In this document: positions 23,455 to 34,629 of the stretch, one piece after another
Layout of the letters: every line of letters begins with the position of its first letter
How positions within the stretch are numbered: the stretch's first letter is position 1
NCBI GenBank assembly: GCA_023231475.1
Contig: JALJEE010002462.1
Coordinates: forward strand, 1 to 34,825
Direction of reading: 5' to 3'
DNA from: Seison nebaliae
Taxonomy: Eukaryota
Length of the DNA stretch: 34,825 nt
Notes under the pieces: model-generated
Database searches by the model: none
What the model was told of the DNA's origin: nothing
The model's input: only the letters and a program-made list of their open reading frames with translations
Translations under genes and position numbers: made by a program

Positions 23455-26400
23455 TCAAATAATATGATGAGAATCAATTGTTGGAGAATTTAGGGAAAAT
23501 TTTGGCATATCATTCTTATCACAAGCAACGGTTAAAGGAGAATCCATAAATGAATTCAACATATTTTGGTAACTGAATTTTCGATTTTTATCCGGTACAG
23601 ATTTTTCTCTTTTACACATATTTTTATTTATATACGTTGTTTCTACTGTGTTTGCATAAACATTCTCATCATTGTTTCCCGTCGACATTTTATTTATCGA
23701 TCCATCTACTACCAGACACTCTTCCATATGTTTGTCACTTTTATATAAATCCTCATCCTTCAACTTCTCCTTACAAATGACTTGTAGGAGAAATTGTTTA
23801 AAGACATCGGTACACGAAGGCATCTAAAAACAAATAGGAGACAATTCACAAACAAACGAATAAGCAACCACCAAACATAATTATAGAAATATAGAAAAAA
23901 ATATTTACCTTTCCTTCACGATTGGCAAGTTGTTTCAATTTCCACATAAATTCAAAAACGGCAACCATTATGCTTAAACACACTCCGGCTATCAATATAA
24001 CGAATACTCCACCCACATTAGCCAGACCTAATTCATTCGTCTTTTCACTTTGACCTGAATCCACATTCGTTTCACAACGACCACCTCCCCGTTTCTTTTT
24101 CCACCATAAATTATATAATGCCTGAATGTCACCACTCTCTTGCATTTGGAGAATGCGGTCGGATAATAAATCACGATAAGGTGATCCTTCGACGAAAAAG
24201 TTGAAATGAATGAGATGAAAAGAAAGAAACCTGTTGGTGAACCAATACCATAACCTTTAGATGTTAATAAACCTCCGACTTGTGTCAATTCACAATCTCT
24301 TTGTGTCATATATTCGATGGTGGTCGATTCCATCAGATATGCATAATTTCCTTCTTTAACTCGACGGAATCCTTCTTCATTACTTTTGGTGAAAACATCT
24401 CGATTCGAATCCATAAAATTCCACATTCGTTCATAAGTCGGAATTTTCGATTCCTAAACAATAAGATACTCGAGGTAAGGAGAATAAAGAGAACCATAAA
24501 AAACGATTCAGAAGAACCACCGGATAATGAACCATATTTAATTTCAGTTTGTTTAGATAAGTCGTCAGCATTTTGGATTGGCGATACCATTCGTTGAACG
24601 GTAAGAAAAGCTGCCAAATTTGCAGTATAAGATGAAATGATAATTAGGGTGAAGAACCACCAAAATCCACTCAATAATCTCGTAGATAGTGCTCGAGGAC
24701 TTATCTCAGAACCTGAATAATTTTCAATTAATAAAAAAAGTTGAGAAATTCGATGAACCTTGTTGCATCAACGAGCCCAAATTGAACCATAAAGAATTCA
24801 TTACTGTAAATTGATTATGAGCCACATCGGATTCAGGACTACATGGATGCGAATTATACCATTCGTATGGTGAAAATCGAGCGACCACAAATAGCATGAA
24901 GCTAACGCCCAAATAAGCAGCAATCACATATAACCAAATGTCAATTGATAAAGGGGAAAAGAATGAGAAGAGATTAGGTGTCTTCTTCTGAGGTTTCTTG
25001 AACAATATTCCAATTCCTAAGTTAAGAAACGGTTTTGTAAAATCAACCACTTGCTCTCTAGCGAATGTAATTGTAAGATCACTTATTGCTAAATCAGCTT
25101 TCTATTAGGATGAGATTATTTAGTTTTTTGAAGTTTAACAAATATTTGCAATTTTTCAAATTTGAGTTAACTTGAGTCATCAATTCATTGATCATACCAT
25201 TCCAGATTTTTGGATTAGTTTTCAGTGGCTGTCCATGGGTATTATCGGAAACTAATTTTAATTTATAATTAAAATTAATTCCATCATTTACCATTAATGT
25301 TCGGATGTTCGATAGCAAATCAACACAAAATCCTTCAAAGCGCTCGTTCCCCGAATATTTCTCCGAATTATTCTTCAACATAACATAAGGTTCCGTCTAA
25401 TGTGATTATGATTATGACAATATGATTGAAGGAAAAATTAATTAAACTAATTTGACTGAAACTATTAAAGTTTTATTCTTTAACGTTTGTTTCGTCAAAG
25501 CAAGATCTTCTTCATAGCTTCGATTAGCAATCAAAGCATTCTTTTCAAAGATACCAACAGCACGAAATTGTTTGTGATGCACTTCGTATATTTCCAATAC
25601 AACAGCTTCGCGATATTTTCTTGCACCCGAAAATATTCCATCAAATTTCTTTAAGCAATCAATCAACCAAATTAGAAAAGAATTTAACATAAAAAAATTG
25701 AAACAGTTACAGACATGACATTAATCAATGTTTCACCTTGTTTCCAAGGTTGTTCCAGTGCACATTTGACAGATGATGGTTGAATATATGTTGTTCTTCC
25801 CATCTTTTCAATCGATTTCAATAAGAATATCGATACATCTAATAACAACGCATTCTCAATCTGAAATTTTATTATTCTATTGATAATAATTTTTAATTTA
25901 AACGAAAACTTTCAAAGAAAATTCTGAGTATTTTTTTCGTTCAACTCGGCTATCTAACAAATTAATTTTGTCAATCGTTTCCGCCATTTCCGCCATATGC
26001 CATTTCTCTACTGAAGATCGATCTTGACGTAAACGAAATCCTGTTATATTGCTTCCTTTATCCGAAAATCCATCCCATTTCAATGTGGTAAAATCCTTTA
26101 ACATGGAAAATAAAAAATATTAAAAAAGTCAAATTTTAAAATATTATAACCAGATTCGTTATGATATAATGATGGTAAGAATCAATCATATCCATCATTA
26201 ATGCTTGTTGCATAAATCGGAATGTATTATCCAGATTGCAATCAATAATAAATCGACTTTTTACTCGTTTTTTTAAATCTTTTAATAATGGATGCCATTC
26301 GGTGGCTTTCATCTGCTCAAATTTTTCAACATCGTATTGAGTTGCAGATGGGATGGTTGAACGTAATAAACGTATGTCGATATCTAGTTTGGAATTTTTA

Positions 26401-27136
26401 CTTAACATATCCGCCATTCTTATGAGACCTGACGCATCATCATAAATGAGTGTAACATCTTTCCATTGGAATTGTTTAATAATTGCCAAAAGAGCATTTG
26501 ATAATATGGAATAATGAGGATAGAAATTAATGGAAGACGTAATGGAGGGTAAGAGTGGAGATATTTTCTTTTTTGATTGAACAGGAATTTGGTTAGCTAA
26601 TTGTGCCGATGAGAACATTTGATAAGCGTTCAATAAACGAGATATTGCCAAGAAAGGAATATCTAAAGCTCGACAAATGGATTGAACTTGCAATGCAGCT
26701 GCTCCATGAACCCCACAAATTATCGTTATAACTCGATAATTCAATAATGCGCAAGCTGAAAAGTATTAGAAAAATTTAGTTGATATCTGAAATAAAACTT
26801 TTTCGATGAGCCTTAAAACTATCATAAAATGGTACATGTTCAATAACGAATGTGATATTAGGAGACGTTCTCGAATAGTTTGAAATTGGTTGAATTTGGT
26901 TCTTTATAAAATTTTCACTAAATTTCGCTGCCCGTTCCATTTCCTTATGATTTGGTGGAATTATCACGCCTAAAATAATATATATGTTAATTATAGGATA
27001 AATTATGAATAATGCTTTAAATCGATTAACCGACATATAATTCTTTTGGATAGCCCCATGTCATAACAGACGTGAATGAAAGATATGTTATTGTCGTTGT
27101 AAGATAAAAATTCAGAATACGATTATAGTTCGACAT
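23455..27136 (-). CDS. Ionotropic glutamate receptor, kainate-type, isoform A (about 1026 aa); exons 27136-27031, 26969-26799, 26755-26151, 26095-25910, 25860-25705, 25648-25448, 25396-25172, 25101-24759, 24712-24495, 24453-24231, 24186-23909, 23823-23455
   Basis: Signal peptide; ATD ([38 protein letters not shown]); S1 (EPYVM...[46 protein letters not shown]); kainate-like [13 protein letters not shown]; pore [32 protein letters not shown]2 ([30 protein letters not shown]); M4 [12 protein letters not shown]. All 11 introns are GT-AG and keep frame. Confidence 0.92.
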
Positions 27137-27759
27137 CACTTTATCAGTAAATAAGAGATATGAAAGAATGAATATTCCTGTTTGAGAACATCATATTAAC
27201 GTAAAAGAAATCATCTAAAAGATTGAAATGGATGGAGAAGAAACCTGTAGTTTTTATTACATAAAATGCAGTTAAATAGAAGGAGATGAGAGAGATTGGA
27301 ATGAACTTCTGTAATTCATCAGTTTTTCCTGTGAATTAACAATATTGAAATATGGGGTATTATATATTTGTATATGTAATTTGGTTAAAATAAAAGAAGA
27401 TATTAATTTTGTTCGATAAAAACAAATAAATAACTGCAATTAGACTACAGAATAGAATGATATTATGCATCGCGATCTAAAGACGATCGTTCTATAATTC
27501 CATGTTCGACCAAGAAGAAAAAGACACTCTTCCTCGTGTTAGTGAAATTAATCGCATAAAGTATAAAATTTTGTTAAGATAATTGATTGACTCATTTATT
27601 CATATGATAATTTTTCCTTAAGAAAACAAAGTTCAACATACTATTCAACGATTCAACTGAATGATATCGTATTATTATTGTTTGAGTTCATAGAATTCTA
27701 TTCAATTCTAATATTTCTTTAAAGAAAGAAGCAGGTTCCCTATCAATCGATAAGTATTC

Positions 27760-28171
27760 TTATTCCCTTCCTTTTCTTATCCTTTATATTATCTCCTTTT
27801 ACTACAGAAACGAATTTCATCTTATGCAACATTTAACACTATCATTGAACAAAGAGAAGATCATCGATGTTTCAAATGTATTCCGTCAAACAAACGATCA
27901 CTCATGTTAAAGTAGTTTAAGATGAAGCAGACAATCATAAATAAAATCATTTTATTACTAACATAGAAAAGGAGAAATTAATTCACTTGTTTCGACCAAT
28001 TATCCAACAATCAAAGGAACATCGTCTGTCAAAAAAATTTGAAGTGTATCCATATCCACAAAGAATGTAACAAATGAGCAGAAAATTACATAAAATATTA
28101 TAGCCATCTAACAAAGATATGGGAAGATAATTTTTTGCAAAATTCTTAAAATTCCATATATTTTGCTCCAT
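27760..28171 (-). pseudogene. Decayed rhodopsin-class GPCR paralogue (TM1-TM3 remnants)
   Basis: YLPISLL...CNFLLICYIL is TM1-like. It is followed, across stops and frameshifts, by IVCLTEYI, LCSMIVLNVA*D and KFVSV, which parallel FCRSVLFM...LCSWIDSVINIDRLLLM of the intact GPCR at 32733-33728. Confidence 0.4.
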
Positions 28172-29639
28172 ATAACTCGTTCGATATGATTTTTAATCAT
28201 TTCAGTTATAATTCTTCGATAAAAACCAAAAAATGCTTCTTATTTCCTTTCGGATAAACGGTTTTAATTATAAAATCTACCAAATCATTTTGAAAATAAC
28301 TATTGTTTTCTTTCACAAGACGAAATCATACCTTTCTAATAAGATGAATGAAAAAAATTCAATTATCTAATTTTATGTTATTGGAAGAAGAAAAAATTAT
28401 AATAATTTTCTCCTTTTATCAAGTTGCTGGAAATTCTTACAGAACTAATTGGGTGGCAGTTCTACAAATGCATTCATCGTGAGCAGAATGAAAACAAACA
28501 CAATTAGAATACATCCAATAAATCTTTCATCAATTTTGTGTTTGGGTGAAAACTGGAAGAAATAAAATTGATAATAAGAATAGAACACTACACACTATGC
28601 CTCTAGTGATTAATTCAATTTTAAGAATAATTGATTTTCGTTACAGAAAAACAGCAGAAGAAAAATTCGACTATGATGAACTTGTTCATAAGCAAATGAC
28701 AAAACAAGTAGTGTACTTATGAGGAAAATTGTGTAACCTTTGGGATTATAAATTTTCAGACTAACACGACGTCCTCCTTCTATCGATTTATGTAAAGTAA
28801 TGGGAATATCGAGATGCTATTCGTTGTAACGAATCGACAACAATTATTCATATTATCCAAATTTTAATTGGTATATATGAAGCCTTTCCCTCAGAATATG
28901 AGATTGGAATGAATTCATTTACATTAGGGACACAGGATTAAGAATTTAGAACATGTGAGAAAATTAGGAAAAGTAAAAATCTGTAACTGACTGCTACTTA
29001 ACGATAAAAAATAATAATATATAAACAATTTTCACCATAAACATTTTTATATGCTCAAAATATTCCTTTTACCAATATTAAACAATTCTATAATAATACA
29101 CAAATTTCATCATCCATAATATATTTCTTTTTTTGAATTGAGAATAAAATTAGACAGATAAACCGAAAAGAAAATGGTTTTATTTTGCAGAATCCATTAC
29201 TCAAGTGACATCATTGAGGCAGGAACTTTCCATCTCGATTCATAATCAATATATAATATATCAACCATAAATAAATCACCAAATTCGTTTTGAATCTTAA
29301 AATTAACTTCAAAGTTGTATGAGAATTGAGTTGAAACTCAATTCTAAGTAACTAAAAATTTTTAATTCGACTAGAATGAATTGTGTTCATGAGAACTCTA
29401 TAAAATGTAAGATTAAATCACTTTCCATTTAGCAAACATCCATATTAAAAAATTACTAAATAAAACATTAAATAAGATTTACTTTTTATATCAAAAAGAA
29501 TGAATTTGTAACAGGTATGCAGTACGTCCCAATTATAGCGAATGTCACAATCTTACAAACTTTTTATTCTTTTTCCTTTTCTACCAGAATTGAATGGAAT
29601 TGAGTGTAATGAGTGGAAGATGGTTGGGAGAACAAGTGA

Positions 29640-30415
29640 ACGATTATTAGAATAAAAAAGGAAAGATCACTATCTGCAGATATTAATTAATGCAGCATGT
29701 TTAGGAATATTCGCATATGGAAAATTTTTTTTATTGATTTCCTCTGAAACTATATTATCCATTGATGTAATATGTAAAATATCGATTCGTACACTTATTT
29801 ATTATCTCATTGTCTATTGCTAGTGTACATATCTCCCTACATATTATTTGCATCATCAGTTGTCTAAATATTGTATCATGCCAAATGATATGTTATCATT
29901 ACAGGAAACTTCTACTTTTCTTTCCTTAATTTTCTATTGAGTTCTCTTCCATTGTTAAATATTCAAAAGAAGAAAGAAATTATATTGCAAGCTGCTACTC
30001 AATATCCTTCAAAAATTCCTAGAAATTTCTCATGATAATATACATAACCCAAACGATAAATGTTGGGAAAAGTAGAGGAATGTGTCATTAAACCTGTGAA
30101 AGATATCGATAAATTTGATACGTATCTTCAAATGTTTCACTTCATCAACAATACAATTATTAGGTGAAACATATAAATTTCAGAAGATTACGAATTTGCA
30201 TGTTGTTGTTTGTGTTGTTGAAGAGACTCAAAAAATATTGTTGATTCATAATTGTTTCCTTTGGGTAAAAGTAGGAGGAGAAATGTAAAAAGAGGAAAGG
30301 AGTAGAAATACTTGGTTAGTAGTTCCACCAAATCGGACATGCTACAATTAATATAAGTTCTTTTAGGATATTGTTCGTCATTATCGGTATCATCAATTAT
30401 AAGAAAAATAGACAA
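29640..30415 (-). pseudogene. Possible decayed GPCR
   Basis: Collinear fragments TKYFYSFPLFTFLLLLLPKGN (TM1-like GN), SSEIYMFHL (TM2-like), ACNIISFFFEYLTMEE (TM3-like LTxE) and LQIVIFPF (TM5-like), interrupted by stops. Confidence 0.3.
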
Positions 30416-30907
30416 AAAATTATGTTGTATAGGGAAGTGTATAAATGTATAGAAATCATGTCAGTTGTAATGGATGTCTAAATGATTTGTGGCTGTAAAG
30501 AAAAGGAAAAAGTAATTTATTTTAATGGAATAGAATATCGTTGTGGAATATACGATGAACGATGATTACGTCGCATTCGTTTATTATTATGAACGGCACA
30601 CATGTTACATAGAATAAACTTTAAAATACGAAAAACTCTTCTTTTTTCATTTGTTAATTATTACTAATGGAATTTCATTACCACTTTATAAATAATTTAG
30701 CGGGCGACCAGTAGCCAAAACCATCCGTACCAAATACGATTTTGTGACTCTATCGCAAATCGTTACGATTATTAGTTTAAATATCCATAAAAATTTTATA
30801 TGTTTTCTACTAGAAAGAAAAGAATTAATGTTAAAATAAAGAAATTTAGAAATAACATTAAAAAAATAATTAAGAAAATAAATGAGATTTTAATTAAATT
30901 GAAGAAA

Positions 30908-30941
30908 TTTCAGGTCCGAAGACCTGAAAGGGCAATGTCCC
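30908..30941. other. GC-rich perfect hairpin TTTCAGGTC-CGAA-GACCTGAAA plus an adjacent small hairpin
   Basis: 9-bp perfect stem; on the - strand the loop is c(UUCG)g. It is followed immediately by GGGCAATGTCCC. Confidence 0.75.
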
Positions 30942-31939
30942 ACTACTTAAAGAACGTCACCGAAAAATATTTCCGATAAGAATAAAAGAAGAACTCTTCT
31001 CTTTAACCTTTCTTTCTACAAATATTAAAATATTTATTTTTATTCCGCAATGGAATGTAAATAAAATAATGGATGTTTTACTCCTTTTTTTATTATCGTT
31101 TGAAGAAAGAACGCTCTCGGAAACGTGAAAGTTGAAGTATGTCGGTGAATCTACAAAAAGAAGCCGACATAAAAACTTGGAGAAGAATTTGAAGGAAAGT
31201 TTCTGAAACAAAAGAAGCCTACATAATAATCAAGTACTGCAAATTCAATGTGTAGATCATTCAACCTCTGATTAATCTCTTGCATTGGGAACTGGCCATT
31301 TTCGTAGAAATAGTTGTACGTCTAGTACACTTTACTTTTTTGGGTTAAGTTTCATATTTGGTGGAAATTAAGAAAAACAAACTTGCCAAGAGATTTTCAG
31401 TCAATTAGTCAACTTTTTTTTCCTGTAAAAAATTGTTAGATTATTAATTTATATTAAGTTTAAGAATATTGTCATGATGTGTGGAAGAATAGAAAACTGG
31501 CGGATAAATGAGCACCTATGGCAAAAGAGCTACATGAAAAGTTTGAACCAACATTTCAAAAGACGACAATCGTGACAAATAGGGACATTGGATTCTTGCG
31601 ACTAAAAGAATAAATTGTCGATAATATAATTCTAAAAAAAGGACAAAAATGAAAAACAATAGTTATTATGGTAAGTGGTTTGTATAATACTCTAATATAC
31701 ATAAATATAATAATAGTATAACATATTAATACTATTGTAAATGGAAATTACGAATGGAAATTAATTTCTTGGTTCCCCTTTTAATAAATGAAAAATTCCG
31801 GACATTTCCCCTTCGCGAGCTATACATACTTCCACTTCGCGAAGGGAAACGAAGTGAAGGAAAGAATTGGAGTAAAAAAGGAACGGCGAAGGAACATTTT
31901 TTTGAAAGTCCTTTTTCTACTTTAGCGGATAAAATAGTA

Positions 31940-32074
31940 CTGGGACAATATATTCGTTGAAAATTTTTTTTATCCTAATACAAGAAAAAAGGAAAAAAAT
32001 TAGGATAAAAATTTCATTTGAAGTAAAATATTTCTTCCCTCTATCATAATTTTTCCACGAATATATTGTCCCAG
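31940..32074. mobile_element. Miniature inverted-repeat element (Tc1/mariner-type, TA-flanked)
   Basis: Perfect 21-bp inverted repeat GTACTGGGACAATATATTCGT (31937-31957) / ACGAATATATTGTCCCAGTAC (32057-32077), with TA directly outside CTGGG...CCCAG on both sides. An inner inverted repeat TTTTTATCCTAAT/ATTAGGATAAAAA is also present. Confidence 0.7.
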
Positions 32075-32732
32075 TACCCATATATTGTCCAATGTATGAC
32101 CGATGTATGATCATTATAAGTATTGTGTTATCAGATTTCTTTCGTCAGGTTCCTCTACTGTCTTACACGAAAGAAGAAGATAGACAGAATATAGTAAATG
32201 GTTCATCCGAGTGATATCTGAAACAGTTCGAGTAGTCAACTAAAGAATTTTCTGTTTGTTTCTTTGACATTTTATACTTTTTATTCAAATGAAAATGATG
32301 ATGCTCATGAATAAAATCGTTGGAAAATGTCATTCAATGTCAGACAAACATATAAATTGTTGTTTTCTGTGCACTGTTAACTTGATAGTTTATATGTAGT
32401 GGTGGTGAACTAGTCATTTTCACATCTCTAATAAAACAAAATAAAATACCAGATGGTTGTTGTTCTGTATATCGGAAACATAGATTGTGCATATAGTATG
32501 AGAAACGCAATCGAATAGCTTCCCCGAAAACTTCGCACAGACTTAATATTTCTAACACAATTTCATGTGTCAGTTTTAATTCAAAACAATTTTTATGAAT
32601 CAAATAGGAATCATCATTTATTAATCAATTATTGATTTCATTATAAGAAAACAAAAGTGAAGAAAATTTTTATTTTGCTCAATAAAAAAAGGAATTGAGA
32701 ATGTCATCAGAAAGAAAAAAACTGAAAAAGGT

Positions 32733-33728
32733 TCAATTCGATGGTCTTGGACGAATCGATCGATTGACAAATATACGGAATGGCTTCAGTGAGAAATAGA
32801 AAAGAATGAAACTTAAACTCCAATAGAATATCATGATATTACTGAGAATAGTGAAGAGCGTTTCACGAAATATGTTTGAATATGATTCATTGAAGTAAAC
32901 AGTGGGTAAGAAGATTTGTAAAGGAAGAAGTAATATGAGGAAATTTATGTTATTTATTAAAAGTGCTACCGTAATATTGGTTAGCGTTTTATTTTTTTCA
33001 TTAGAACTCTTCGTGGAAGTTTGACGAAAAAATAATTGATAAATGATTGTGATAGAAGTGGCGAATGCAATAAAGAATGGAATAGCGACGAACATAACTG
33101 TATCGACAATAAGATAATAGTTGGAGAAAAAGTTCAAGTAATCGGCATGGGATTTTAAAGGACAGAATGGTGGAGTAAAGATGAGAATATGTATATTAAG
33201 TGCAATAAAAATCAGTGTAAGAAAAAGAATATTTAAATAAGTTATGGTCTTCTTTTTTAATGAGCAGCAACGGCAACATTTGCAGAACGATCGATTATGT
33301 GTCATCAATAACAATCGATCGATATTGATTACCGAATCAATCCATGAACATAGTTGCATTCCTGCATAAATCATAAATAGTACTGATCGACAAAATATTT
33401 CACTTTCAATTTCTTTCGGCCAAAAAATATATTCCTTCATCGAATTCAATGTGGTGCTGATTATTATTATTATTGATACTACAGACCGAGCAATAAAATA
33501 TGTGAAAGTTCGTTTTTGATATTCGGCAATATTCGTTTTTTCTGGTATATTCTCCCCAGCCAAGGTTCCCGTAGTACTCTGTGCGACTTTCGTGTTTCTT
33601 CTCAAATATGAATTGCCTTTGACCAATTGGTAGAATATGAAGATAATTAATAAATTCAAAGGAATGCCAATAACATTCTGGATGATTGCAAAAGATTTTT
33701 GTAAAATATATACATGATATTCATTCAT
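32733..33728 (-). CDS. Rhodopsin-class (family A) orphan/peptide-type GPCR, 331 aa, single exon
   Basis: Seven hydrophobic segments; TM1 IGIPLN; Cys at the top of TM3 (IFCR) and in ECL2 (PFCP); IDR at the end of TM3; TM5 VAIPF; TM6 FLILLLP; helix 8 KPFR. Confidence 0.85.
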   Translation of the reverse strand: MNEYHVYILQKSFAIIQNVIGIPLNLLIIFIFYQLVKGNSYLRRNTKVAQSTTGTLAGENIPEKTNIAEYQKRTFTYFIARSVVSIIIIISTTLNSMKEYIFWPKEIESEIFCRSVLFMIYAGMQLCSWIDSVINIDRLLLMTHNRSFCKCCRCCSLKKKTITYLNILFLTLIFIALNIHILIFTPPFCPLKSHADYLNFFSNYYLIVDTVMFVAIPFFIAFATSITIIYQLFFRQTSTKSSNEKNKTLTNITVALLINNINFLILLLPLQIFLPTVYFNESYSNIFRETLFTILSNIMIFYWSLSFILFYFSLKPFRIFVNRSIRPRPSN

Positions 33729-34629
33729 TTTCTGTTTTCTGAAATCAGAAATTGTCTATTTGTTAGTTGGAAAATTTTGAAGCAGTTCGATCATTTTAAC
33801 ATTATTTAACAATAAGAAAGTTTCATGTCAACAAAGATACTTATAGCGAGCATGAAATATTTCTCTTTTTCATTTTGTAGATTTTTTCGTTCAATCATTT
33901 TTAGGATAGATATCTAAAACGAATCAAGGATTAATAGAGAATATTTAAAAAATTCATTGTAGAACGATCATGTCTATTTCATGCTTCTAATTTTTCATTA
34001 TTATCATTTGATGTTTTAGAGAAGAACAAATTATTGGACAGTATGACGGAAAATAATAATAAAGTGAGATAAATTAGCTATAGAAATGACTAACATTAAT
34101 CTTTATAATCTTCCACTATATGTTTAAGAATATAGCGCTAAAAGCAAAGTAGTATAGCGATCGAAACTCCGGTATATTGTCATATAAATAACGAACAAAA
34201 TCGACAGGTCCTATCATGCAATCATAAATGAATTTGCGCAATAATTCACGTATAGGAAAGGTAATAAAGAAAAGTGCAGAAGTCCATCTCACTTGGGAGC
34301 AAAAAATTGAGAATCTGCTTAAATTCTAAAACCATTCATTTTATAATCTTCGATTACTTCTGTAGGAAACCAGTTGGTCATTTGTACATGAACAGTGGGA
34401 TAATCAGAATGGACTTTGGTATCTAATATCTTTGATTTTTTTTGCATGAAAGCAGTTGGTCATTTGTACATAAAGAGTAGAAAGCTCAAAATAGACAAAT
34501 CATATTTATTATAATAATAAGAGAATGAGTATAAAAAATGTGCATATACTTAATTATTTTTCACTTTGATGATTATACTGTCAATTATACCATGAAGAAG
34601 AAAATAGAAGCATTCGAATATGAATCTTC

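Noticed and set aside
24750..24775. Small hairpin spanning the Q/R site (MQQG) and the adjacent donor, considered as an A-to-I editing structure
   Set aside because: It has only about 9 bp with a bulge and a 3-nt loop in a 46-nt intron, too short for a credible ADAR editing-complementary sequence.
27215..27244. Candidate 30-nt GTT...TAG intron in the iGluR 5' UTR
   Set aside because: It is shorter than all supported introns and has no coding constraint to test it, so it was excluded from the intron tally.
31135..31165. YVGES peptide suggesting a GIY-YIG (Penelope) endonuclease
   Set aside because: It is a five-residue match bounded by stops, with no upstream GIY motif and no reverse transcriptase remnant.
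34371..34471. 19-nt direct repeat CAGTTGGTCATTTGTACAT, about 81 nt apart
   Set aside because: It has only two degenerate units, consistent with an ordinary local duplication, with no further structure.
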